Assembly (NCBI GenBank): GCA_020346125.1
Contig: CP070774.1
Coordinates: forward strand, 1,565,147-1,629,146
Source: Syntrophobacterales bacterium
Lineage (GTDB): Bacteria; Desulfobacterota; BSN033; WVXP01; G020346125
Reading direction: 5' to 3'
Length of the DNA stretch: 64,000 nucleotides
In this document: positions 29,328 through 37,657 of the stretch, in pieces
Layout of the letters: the number at the start of each line of letters is the position of its first letter
Numbering within the stretch: position 1 is the first letter of the stretch
Notes under the pieces: model-generated
Databases searched by the model: none
The model's input: only the letters and a program-made list of their open reading frames with translations
What the model was told of the DNA's origin: nothing
Position numbers and translations under genes: made by a program

Positions 29328-30764
29328 ATGGGGCTCAAGACAAAAGAGGAGTATATCGAATCATTGCGACAGATGAACCCGACCGCGTATATGTTCGGAG
29401 AGAAACTCACCAATATAGTGGACAACCCGCGGCTCCGGGCGGGCATTGAAGCAACCGCTGCAACGTATGAAGTGGCTGAGATGGATGAATTTCGTGATCT
29501 TGTGGTTACACAGAGTCCGTTGATCAACGAGCCGGTCAATCGGTTCACCCTGCCTCCATCTTCCATCGATGATCTTGTCGCACGAGTAAAGGTCAACCGG
29601 AAACTTGGAAACTGGGTCGGGACATGTCACCAACGATGCACGGGGCTGGATTGTCTCTCTACCTTGTCTATCGTTACTTATGATATTGACCAAAAATACG
29701 GAACAAACTATCACAAAAACTTCATTGAGTTCCTTAAACATATGCAAAAGAATGACCTGACGGGAAATGCCGGTGTGACGGATGTTAAAGGGGATCGCTC
29801 CCTGAGCCCTCACGAACAGCCCGACAAGGATATGTTTCTCCACGTGGCGGAACACCGGGATGACGGTATTATTGTCCGAGGGGCCAAGGCCCATCAGACA
29901 GGATCCCTTTCGTCCCATGAGATTATCGTCTTGCCCACGCGAGCAATGCGAGAAGGGGATGAAGATTACGCAGTTGCCTTTGCCATTTCCTCGGATACGC
30001 CAGGGTTGATCCATGTTGTAGGCCGTTCAAGCCTGGATACACGGGAACTGGATGGCTGTGATCTCGGGAACATCAGATACTCTAAATACTGCCCAACCCT
30101 TATCTTTAATGATGTTTTTGTCCCCCGGGAGCGGGTGTTTCTTTGCAGCGAAACAGAATTCGCGGCAGAGATGGTTGTACGATTTTCTTCTTTCCACCGA
30201 CAGAGCCACGGTGGTTGTAAAGCCGGAAGAATTGACTGCATGATCGGTACAGCCCTCACAATGATGGATTACAACGGAACTACCAAGGCCAGCCATCTCA
30301 AACAAAAGGTAATCGATATGCTTCATAGGGCCGAAACCCTCTATGGATGCTGTCTGGCAGCATCTTATGAAGGCAAGCAGGAGCCTTCCGGCCACTATTT
30401 TATTGATACGGTTTTGGCTAATGCTTCGAAAATCCATGAGGGCAAGGAACTGGCCGAGGCAAGTCGGCTGATGGTGGACATCTGCGGTGGCTTCGTTGCT
30501 GATTTGCCTTCGGATCGTGATTTTACAAATTCGGAAATCGGTCATCTGCTCAAGAAATATATGAAAGGTGCAGACAAATTCCCGGTAGAGAACCGCATCA
30601 AGATGTACCGACTTGCAGAAAAACTGGCCCTGGAAAGCGCAGATACCATCTCGGATATCCATGGCGGCGGCTCCCCGGAAGCACATCGCGTAACCATTTT
30701 TCGCGAAAGTGATATAGAGAGTAAGAAGAAGTCGGCCAAACGATTGGCCGGCATTGACGATTGA
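29328..30764 (+). CDS. 4-hydroxybutyryl-CoA dehydratase / vinylacetyl-CoA isomerase (AbfD) family protein
   Basis: HpaB/AbfD-family fold pattern. CHQRC (CxxxC) and HRQSHGGC (Hx6C) sit at the positions recalled for the AbfD [4Fe-4S] ligands. The second ATG (29328) has better SD spacing than 29322. Confidence 0.8.
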   Translation: MGLKTKEEYIESLRQMNPTAYMFGEKLTNIVDNPRLRAGIEATAATYEVAEMDEFRDLVVTQSPLINEPVNRFTLPPSSIDDLVARVKVNRKLGNWVGTCHQRCTGLDCLSTLSIVTYDIDQKYGTNYHKNFIEFLKHMQKNDLTGNAGVTDVKGDRSLSPHEQPDKDMFLHVAEHRDDGIIVRGAKAHQTGSLSSHEIIVLPTRAMREGDEDYAVAFAISSDTPGLIHVVGRSSLDTRELDGCDLGNIRYSKYCPTLIFNDVFVPRERVFLCSETEFAAEMVVRFSSFHRQSHGGCKAGRIDCMIGTALTMMDYNGTTKASHLKQKVIDMLHRAETLYGCCLAASYEGKQEPSGHYFIDTVLANASKIHEGKELAEASRLMVDICGGFVADLPSDRDFTNSEIGHLLKKYMKGADKFPVENRIKMYRLAEKLALESADTISDIHGGGSPEAHRVTIFRESDIESKKKSAKRLAGIDD

Positions 30765-30860
30765 TCCATGTTGAAGCGTTTTTGGTGGAATGAAAGGGCC
30801 TTATATAAGGCCCTTTTTAATGGCTCTATAAAGCAGAGATCGGTCACCAGAAGGGGTCAT

Positions 30861-31664
30861 CTATGAGTTGCGGGCTGGCAAGGCCGCGTAGTCTTGGATA
30901 CCTCTTATTATGCTCTCGGCAAAATCGTCCTGATATGTATCAGAGATTGATCTCTTGCATTCTCTGGGGTTTGATATAAAGGAGGTCGCAATCAATATAG
31001 ACGGCATCTGTGTGCCTATTAGGACATAGAAAGGTGCCTGCTTCACTCCTCGATCCTTAATATGGGAATATTTCTTATTCATATGTTCGTATAACGACTT
31101 TTGAACATGATCTGCCAATCGCCTTGATTCATCGATTTTCTCATTAGGCATGAGATCAGATAGAATCTTCTCCAAATCACTCATTCTTTCTTTTGAAGAA
31201 TTATCATTCAAGACTTGCACTTTGGATGCTTCTTCATCCGCCGCGAAATTCAAATAATAGGTCTCAATACCATAAACTCTCTGATCTCTGTAAGCGTTGC
31301 AATGAATAGATATGAACAGGGGTACTTTCTTGAGGTTCGCAATAGCCACTCGTTCTTCAAGGGGGATGAATTCGTCGCTTTCGCGGGTCATGATTACTTC
31401 AACATTAAGTTTATCACGGACCTTTTTGGCAAGCTTTTTCGTTATTGCAAGGTTTATATTCTTTGAGTAAACACCTTCTATATACCCGGGGGCTCCGAAA
31501 TCTTTGCCCCCGAATCCTGGGTCTATTGCGATTCTCTTTATGCTGAGGTCGCACTTAAGCCGTATAGTTGAAGTAGATGATGCGCATGGCCAGAATACAA
31601 CAACCAAACCCAACACAGCCAACCAGTATGGATTCCCTTTACTAAACATGATGAGTAGGCACAT
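30861..31664 (-). CDS. N-acetylmuramoyl-L-alanine amidase (Amidase_3)
   Basis: IAIDPGFGGKDFGAPG, IMTRESD, FISIHCNA motifs. Start uncertain: the track ORF begins at 31721 and overlaps the tauE-like gene, so MCLLIMF at 31664 was chosen. Confidence 0.8.
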   Translation of the reverse strand: MCLLIMFSKGNPYWLAVLGLVVVFWPCASSTSTIRLKCDLSIKRIAIDPGFGGKDFGAPGYIEGVYSKNINLAITKKLAKKVRDKLNVEVIMTRESDEFIPLEERVAIANLKKVPLFISIHCNAYRDQRVYGIETYYLNFAADEEASKVQVLNDNSSKERMSDLEKILSDLMPNEKIDESRRLADHVQKSLYEHMNKKYSHIKDRGVKQAPFYVLIGTQMPSILIATSFISNPRECKRSISDTYQDDFAESIIRGIQDYAALPARNS

Positions 31665-31686
31665 AGCGTTGAAATTATCCCCTTGC

Positions 31687-32091
31687 CTACTGCTCACAAC
31701 GTTCACGTGAGACATCAGCATGATTCACAGACAGGCTGGAGGTCCAACCGAACAGGATGTTAAGACCGATGATGATAAGGAACACCGCAAATATCTTCTT
31801 GAGAGTTTGCGCGGGCAGGTAGTTGGCCAAGCTCGCACCGATCAGTGCCCCAACAACTCCACCGACTGCAACCAAAGCGGCAAGCTTCAGGTCCACATTT
31901 CCCGCACAATAATGTCTGAGCACCCCTGCCAAAGCGGTTGGAACAATGACAGCAAGAGATACGCCAATGGCCTCGTGGATAGTCAGGCGAACCAGAAGTA
32001 GCAGTGCGGGAACAAGGATGACACCACCACCGATACCGAGCAATCCGCTGAGCACTCCTGCAACTACACCGACAATAACCAAGTTGATCAT
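31687..32091 (-). CDS. TauE/SafE-family anion exporter-like membrane protein (short, 4-TM form)
   Basis: GLLGIGGGVILVPALLLL signature. 134 aa is roughly half the usual family length. Confidence 0.65.
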   Translation of the reverse strand: MINLVIVGVVAGVLSGLLGIGGGVILVPALLLLVRLTIHEAIGVSLAVIVPTALAGVLRHYCAGNVDLKLAALVAVGGVVGALIGASLANYLPAQTLKKIFAVFLIIIGLNILFGWTSSLSVNHADVSRERCEQ

Positions 32092-32287
32092 GGTCTCCTC
32101 CGTTCTTTGTGGATAACGGGCTGCGAGATAAACTGCAGCCTCGACTTGGGGAAAATAATGAACTGCTGGTTCATTAAAACTAGGTAGATGTTAGGCTGCT
32201 TTATAGAGAATAAATTGCAAGTAGTTCATCATTTTTTTCAACAAAGAGGGCGAAGTGGACGCCGTTTATCAATTAATATACAGAATA

Positions 32288-32612
32288 TTTTCTGCGTATT
32301 AACCTGAAATGTTGGATCATAATCCTGTATAATACTATTATAATGATATTTTATGGAAAAAAATCTGCGTAATATTAAATTTTATAGAAATTCAGGTATT
32401 TTTTTTTAACATCAGATCTTCTAACAAGGGAAATAACGATTTTTTGATAAACTACCATTGCATCATATTACATTCAACCAAGAAGGGGTAATCGTATATC
32501 GGAAAAACCTAAAGGATTTTTGGATCAGGAAAATGAGAGACACCCTTAAATTATAAAGATTTAGAAGCCAAACCCTCTCGAAAGTTAACCTTAAAAACGA
32601 AAGGGCGTCCCT
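32288..32612. repeat. about 325-bp direct repeat, copy 2 (contains a 15-codon fixX-start stub)
   Basis: See copy 1. The minus strand reads ATG ATC CAA CAT TTC AGG TTA ATA CGC AGA AAA TAT TCT GTA TAT TAA = MIQHFRLIRRKYSVY*. Confidence 0.85.
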
Positions 32613-32790
32613 AAATACCACTACAGACACTTCCACCCAAAATTATGCCTTTAAAGCCGTATTTTTCCTATATAACCAGGTGCTCAATAAGGTTTTGGAC
32701 GAAAAAATAAGCGCGGTCCGTGCTCAAAAGCCTCAGAGATTGCCAACTGTTATGAAGAAACAGGAAGAAAATCGCATTGTCTCCCGCTAA
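32557..32790 (+). pseudogene. tyrosine recombinase (integron-integrase / Xer-like) N-terminal remnant
   Basis: Reads ...TSTQNYAFKAVFFLYNQVLNKVLDEKISAVRAQKPQRLPTVMKKQEENRIV*. This matches the SAM-like N-domain pattern sTqNqAlsAl.FlY..VL....l.....k.pkrLPvVLs.eEv. No catalytic domain follows, and the ORF is bounded by stops at 32554 and 32788. Confidence 0.55.
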
Positions 32791-32889
32791 GTCTTTCTGC
32801 TTCTCGCACAAACTCATCACCTCAACCAGGCCGCCCTGTTTCTGGGCTCTCCCGCAATTAAGCCAGTGCCGCCTGCGAATGGTTGGCCT

Positions 32890-32917
32890 TTGATTTTTCG
32901 GGTTAAGCTTGTATAAT
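32890..32917 (+). promoter_or_regulatory. candidate sigma70 promoter for coaBC (extended -10)
   Basis: TTGATT (32890-32895), 16-nt spacer, TG-TATAAT (32910-32917). Confidence 0.4.
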
Positions 32918-32951
32918 GTTATGATAGTTAGATTTAAAATGGGGTTGTAAA

Positions 32952-34178
32952 GTGGAGATAGTAAGCGGGAAAATGATCATTTTGGGCGTAACGGGAGGGA
33001 TTGCAGCATATAAAAGCGCTGAATTGGTTCGGCAATTGACCAAAAAGGGGGCGAAGGTACACGTAGTCATGACGAGAAATGCCCAGGAATTCATCGCCCC
33101 AATTACATTTCAAACCCTTTCGGGCAATCCTGTCCAGACGGACCTTTTTTCCCTCATTGAGGGGTCAAAAATAGGCCATGTGGCATTCGCGGATATGGCC
33201 GATCTGGTGGCCATTGCCCCTGCTACGGCCAACATCATTGGGAAGGTGGCAAATGGTATTGCAGATGACTTCCTCTCCACCATGATAATGGCCACCAAAT
33301 CCCCCGTACTGTTCGCCCCTTCTATGAATGTCAATATGTGGGAGAGCCCCGTAGTCCAGCGAAACGTGGCCACTTTGAAAAAGGACGGTTACCATTTTGT
33401 CGGTCCAGAAGAAGGGGATCTGGCCTGTGAGGTAATCGGCCAGGGGAGACTGGCTGCGGTGGAGGATATTTTAGAGGGCATCGAGGACCTCCTCATGGAA
33501 AAGGATTTACGTGGAGAACGGATTCTCATCACCGCCGGCCCAACCCATGAGCCGATCGACCCGGTTCGCTTTGTTACAAACCGATCTTCGGGAAGAATGG
33601 GATTCGCCCTCGCGAAGATGGCCAGAAGGAGGGGGGCTGATGTAATTTTGGTTAGTGGCCCCACACAACTTCCCGCTCCGAGAGGGAATATTCGGTTAAT
33701 TCCAGTCAAAACGGCTTCCGAGATGCGGGATGCAGTATTGGAGCATTATAAGGAATGTTCAGCCATCGTTAAAGCGGCAGCTGTTTCAGATTATCGCCCG
33801 AAATTCACCAGCGACCAAAAAATGAAGAAATTGAATGCCCAACTCTCCCTTGAAATGGAGAGAAACTCCGATATTATCGGGGAGATCGGATCGCTTAAGG
33901 GGAATCGTGTGTTGGTCGGATTCGCCGCTGAAACGGAGGATATCATCGCAAATGGACGGAAAAAATTGAAGGAGAAGCATCTGGACTTGATTGTCGCCAA
34001 CGACGTTGGCCGATCAGACTCCGGTTTCGGAACGGAAACAAATAAGGTGGTTATTATCGACTCCGGGGGAAAGGTCGATCCCCTGTCATTAAAGAGCAAG
34101 GATGAGGTAGCACATATTATCCTCGGGAGGGTCGTTGAAATCTTAAGGAAAAGGGGTCGTCGGAGAGGGAAACCTTAG
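32952..34178 (+). CDS. coaBC: bifunctional phosphopantothenoylcysteine decarboxylase / phosphopantothenate--cysteine ligase
   Basis: ILGVTGGIAAYK flavoprotein domain plus the CoaB domain (ITAGPT.EPIDPVR...N.SSG.MG). GTG start. Confidence 0.95.
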   Translation: MEIVSGKMIILGVTGGIAAYKSAELVRQLTKKGAKVHVVMTRNAQEFIAPITFQTLSGNPVQTDLFSLIEGSKIGHVAFADMADLVAIAPATANIIGKVANGIADDFLSTMIMATKSPVLFAPSMNVNMWESPVVQRNVATLKKDGYHFVGPEEGDLACEVIGQGRLAAVEDILEGIEDLLMEKDLRGERILITAGPTHEPIDPVRFVTNRSSGRMGFALAKMARRRGADVILVSGPTQLPAPRGNIRLIPVKTASEMRDAVLEHYKECSAIVKAAAVSDYRPKFTSDQKMKKLNAQLSLEMERNSDIIGEIGSLKGNRVLVGFAAETEDIIANGRKKLKEKHLDLIVANDVGRSDSGFGTETNKVVIIDSGGKVDPLSLKSKDEVAHIILGRVVEILRKRGRRRGKP

Positions 34179-34221
34179 GCTGAGCTCTTTATGGAAGGTC
34201 GTGCAAGGGAAAGAAAGGATG

Positions 34222-34503
34222 CTACGGTTTTTTCTCGGGCTTTATTTTCTCCGATTCGGTTTTCGGTGATTCGGCGGCGGGTTTTCCCGCCTCTTTTTCC
34301 GTTTTTTTCCCTTCCTTTCTGCTTTCAGAAGGGTAATCGGTCACGTAAAACCCCGGTCCCTTGAGGATGAAATTCGTGGGAGAAATGATCCTCCTTGCCT
34401 CTACCAGACAGTTTGGGCACGTGGGGTTGGCCTTTTCATCTATCTTGTGGAAGACCTCAAAGATATCATGACATTTTTGGCATTGATATTCGTAGATTGG
34501 CAT
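34222..34503 (-). CDS. FmdB-family zinc-ribbon protein
   Basis: MPIYEYQCQKC...CPNC signature with a Lys/Glu-rich tail. Confidence 0.75.
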   Translation of the reverse strand: MPIYEYQCQKCHDIFEVFHKIDEKANPTCPNCLVEARRIISPTNFILKGPGFYVTDYPSESRKEGKKTEKEAGKPAAESPKTESEKIKPEKKP

Positions 34504-34532
34504 GGAATCATCACAATGGAAGACTGCAATGG

Positions 34533-35381
34533 TTATGATAACATCGCATTCTGCATTTCCCTTCGCAGCTTTGCCAATGCCTCTTTCTCGATTTGCCTGA
34601 CCCGTTCCCTTGAAAGTTGAAACGTATCGCCAATTTCCCGTAATGTCAATGGGTTGTCACTCATGATGCGGTGCATGATGATGTATCTCTCCCTTTCGCT
34701 CAATTTGTCGAGGGCCTTAGAAATCTCCTCTCTCTGGATCTCCGAATCCTGAGATTGAATCAACATGTCCTCCTGATCAGGGGAATCGTCGGAGAGGAGC
34801 TCTAACGGTGTTAATTCTTGATTCTCATCAAAGGGGAGGTCCAAAGATACATCCCTTCTGCCCATACGCTGTTCCATCTCATGGATCTCATGCTCTTTTA
34901 CCCCCAAATCCTTCGCGATGTCCTGATAGGATTGTGGATGACCTTCCTGAGGAGATTCTAATAAACGTCTCACTTTTCCCAGCTTGTAGAACAATTTCTT
35001 CTGGGCCTGGGTGGTTCCAATTTTTACGAGGCTCCACGTTTTTATGATGAAATTCTGAATGTAGGCCCTGATCCACCAGACGGCGTATGATATGAAGCGG
35101 TATCCCTTATGGGGGTCGAATTTCTTAACCGCCATCATCAATCCGATGTTTCCCTCCTGAATCAAGTCCTGAAGCTTAACGCCATAATTCTTATATTCCA
35201 AGGCGATCTTGACAACAAAACGGAGATTTGATGTAATTAATTTGTGCGCCGCCTCGATATCGTCTTTGTCCCGATATTGCACGGCCAATGCAAACTCCTC
35301 CTGAGCGGAGAGGATCTGGAATTGATTAATTTGCGCCATATATTGATCCAGGGCATTGCTGACAACTGGAAGATTGGACAT
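34533..35381 (-). CDS. rpoH: RNA polymerase sigma-32 factor
   Basis: Sigma70 regions 2-4 plus an RpoH-box-like TQAQKKLFYKLGKVRR. Confidence 0.9.
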   Translation of the reverse strand: MSNLPVVSNALDQYMAQINQFQILSAQEEFALAVQYRDKDDIEAAHKLITSNLRFVVKIALEYKNYGVKLQDLIQEGNIGLMMAVKKFDPHKGYRFISYAVWWIRAYIQNFIIKTWSLVKIGTTQAQKKLFYKLGKVRRLLESPQEGHPQSYQDIAKDLGVKEHEIHEMEQRMGRRDVSLDLPFDENQELTPLELLSDDSPDQEDMLIQSQDSEIQREEISKALDKLSERERYIIMHRIMSDNPLTLREIGDTFQLSRERVRQIEKEALAKLRREMQNAMLS

Positions 35382-35409
35382 TTTCCGTTAACCCTCCACA
35401 ATCGAATTA

Positions 35410-35436
35410 TTAGCACTCTATTTAGTTGAGTGCTAA
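35410..35436. promoter_or_regulatory. CIRCE operator (HrcA binding site)
   Basis: Exact consensus TTAGCACTC-N9-GAGTGCTAA, extendable to a 10-bp perfect inverted repeat at 35409-35437. Lies 29 nt upstream of the rpoH ATG. Confidence 0.85.
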
Positions 35437-35437
35437 T

Positions 35438-35466
35438 AGTATAATACCTTTTAAGTGAAAATTCAA
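35438..35466 (-). promoter_or_regulatory. sigma70-type promoter of rpoH
   Basis: On the minus strand: TTGAAT (35466-35461), 17-nt spacer, TATACT (35443-35438). CIRCE starts 1 nt downstream of the -10, so the predicted start site falls inside the operator. Confidence 0.5.
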
Positions 35467-35629
35467 GGTCAAAAAAAGGGGAGCTTTTCAACAAGAAATA
35501 CCATTTTTTCCAGAATATTTTTATTTTTTTCATTATTTTATATTTTTTTTGAATATTTCTTCCGTTTTCATTCATTTTCGACTGCACAAGAGGTTATATT
35601 TAATTCTTTTAATTTGAGGAGTGATAAGG

Positions 35630-36097
35630 ATGGGAGAAGAAGAGAGGGATAAGGAGGAGAAGGGGTTTATCATAAGGGACAAAAGGCACTTCTCTCAGAA
35701 AGAGGGAAAACGGACTCCCGTCAAAAAAGAGAAGAAGGAGAAACCAGAGGCTGACGAGGCGAGGTTAAGAGGCGAAGAGCGGGAAAAGGAAGCGAAGATG
35801 AAAGAAGAGAAAAAAGAGGCGAGAGAAGAAGGCCAGCGGAGAGAGGTTCCCCTCCCCGAGGTTACCTTTTCCAATTTCGTCTTTTCATTGAGCACTCAGG
35901 CCCTCATCCAATTAGGTGAGATTCAGGATCCAGAATTAAAGAAAAGCCTGAAGAACCTTCCCTTGGCCAAACAGACCATCGATCTCATCGGGATGTTGAG
36001 GGAAAAGACAAGCGGGAATCTGACAAAGGATGAGGATGCTTTGATCGACAGCGCATTATATGATCTCAGGATGAGGTATGTGAAGGCAGTGGGATAG
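35630..36097 (+). CDS. DUF1844 domain protein
   Basis: Lys/Glu-rich N-terminus, then FSNFVFSLSTQALIQLGE...AKQTIDLIGMLREKTSGNL...LYDLRMRY. ATG at 35630 with GAGGAG upstream. Confidence 0.7.
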   Translation: MGEEERDKEEKGFIIRDKRHFSQKEGKRTPVKKEKKEKPEADEARLRGEEREKEAKMKEEKKEAREEGQRREVPLPEVTFSNFVFSLSTQALIQLGEIQDPELKKSLKNLPLAKQTIDLIGMLREKTSGNLTKDEDALIDSALYDLRMRYVKAVG

Positions 36098-36148
36098 CTC
36101 AGATCTTTTTCCCGTTCCGAGGGTCCCTCTTTTCCCTCCTTGCCCACT

Positions 36149-37657
36149 TCATGAACTCACCTTCCACTCCCGTAACAGTTGGACAACGAGCCGTACCCCT
36201 ACTCCCGTGGCCCCTTTTGGGATATAGGGCTTATCTTTATCTGCCCATACGGGACCGGCAATATCCAAGTGAACCCAGGGGTATTCCCCCACGAATTTCT
36301 TGAGGAAAGCACCGCCGGTAATGGTGCCCGCGGGCCTCCCCCCCACGTTCTTTATGTCAGCCACTTCGCTCTTTATCTGTTCCCCGTATTCCTCCCATAG
36401 GGGCAACTCCCAAACCTTCTCGCCAGTTCGATCCGCAGCCCTTCTCACCCTTGCCTTGAGCTCGTCGTCATTTCCCATCATTCCCGTAACGTTTTCACCC
36501 AGGGCGATGATACAGGCCCCGGTAAGGGTAGCCAGATCGATGATGGCTTTGGGTTTGAACCGCTGCGAGTAGGCCAAGGCATCGGCCAAAATGAGTCTCC
36601 CCTCCGCATCGGTGCTGATGACCTCAATGGTCTTTCCCGAGAGGGAGGTGAGGATATCTCCGGGCCGATAGGCAGAACCGCTGGGGAGGTTCTCCGTTGC
36701 AGGGATCAATGCGATCAGCTGGAAGGGGAGCTTGAGTTGAGATGCGGCTCGCAGAATCCCTATCGCTGCAGCTCCTCCTCCCATATCGTGTTTCATCTTG
36801 TCCATGTTTTCCGAAGGCTTCAGGGATAATCCGCCGCTGTCGAAGGTAATTGCCTTACCAATAACCACTACTCTGCCCAGGCTGTTGCTCGGAGGCTTGT
36901 ATTCAAGGATGATAAATTTAGGGGGTTCCCGGCTCCCCGAAGCTACAGCAAGGAGGGCGCCCATTCCGAGCTTTTTCATTTCATCCACATTGAGGACCTC
37001 ACACCGTAGTCCCGTATTCTCTGCAACCTCTTTGGCAATTTGGGCTAACATCGAGGGAGTTTTTCGATTGGCCGGCCGAGAGACCAAATCCCTTGCGAGA
37101 TAAACCGCCTGTGAAATGGCCTCAGCGGTGTCCACGGTCTTTTGGATTCGGGAGATTCCTCTTTCGTCCGGTGTGACCAGATGGACCTGTTCAACCTTTT
37201 TGATTTTCTCCATTTCCTCCGTCTTGAACTCGGTGAACCGGTATAACCCCAGATAGATTCCCTCGATAAGGCCCTGAGAAAAATCCTCGAGGCTGATTTT
37301 TCGCTCCCCACTGAGGTAGGGATAAAGGGAGAACTCCTTTACTCCCTTATCGCGGAGAAATTGGGCAGCCTTGGAGGCGGCGCCCCTCCATTTATCTAAA
37401 TGAAAATCACTCCTTTTTCCCAATCCCATCAAGAGAATGCGTGTAGACGGAATGGTTCCCTTGGTATAAATCAGGGATGGTTGATAAAGTTCCCCTTGAA
37501 AGTCCCCGCTTTGAATGACTCCGGATATGAGACCTCCAGAGGCCTTGTTCATTGCCTCCGTATCCCGTAGCAATTTCTCGTCCCCTTCGAAATGAAAGGC
37601 CACGACGGCCTCCGATGTGAAGGATTCGAGCCTGCCTCTTTGTAAGATGATCTTCAT
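36149..37657 (-). CDS. pepA: leucyl aminopeptidase (M17)
   Basis: STDAEGRLILADAL and the M17 metal-ligand pattern, at full length. Confidence 0.95.
   Translation of the reverse strand: MKIILQRGRLESFTSEAVVAFHFEGDEKLLRDTEAMNKASGGLISGVIQSGDFQGELYQPSLIYTKGTIPSTRILLMGLGKRSDFHLDKWRGAASKAAQFLRDKGVKEFSLYPYLSGERKISLEDFSQGLIEGIYLGLYRFTEFKTEEMEKIKKVEQVHLVTPDERGISRIQKTVDTAEAISQAVYLARDLVSRPANRKTPSMLAQIAKEVAENTGLRCEVLNVDEMKKLGMGALLAVASGSREPPKFIILEYKPPSNSLGRVVVIGKAITFDSGGLSLKPSENMDKMKHDMGGGAAAIGILRAASQLKLPFQLIALIPATENLPSGSAYRPGDILTSLSGKTIEVISTDAEGRLILADALAYSQRFKPKAIIDLATLTGACIIALGENVTGMMGNDDELKARVRRAADRTGEKVWELPLWEEYGEQIKSEVADIKNVGGRPAGTITGGAFLKKFVGEYPWVHLDIAGPVWADKDKPYIPKGATGVGVRLVVQLLREWKVSS

Noticed and set aside
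31700-32700. Integron interpretation: an intI remnant with the tauE-like and amidase genes as cassettes.
   Set aside because: No attC-like imperfect inverted repeats flank the genes. The only GTTRRRY match (GTTAGGC at about 32190) is at chance expectation. The recombinase relic is too short to assign to IntI specifically.
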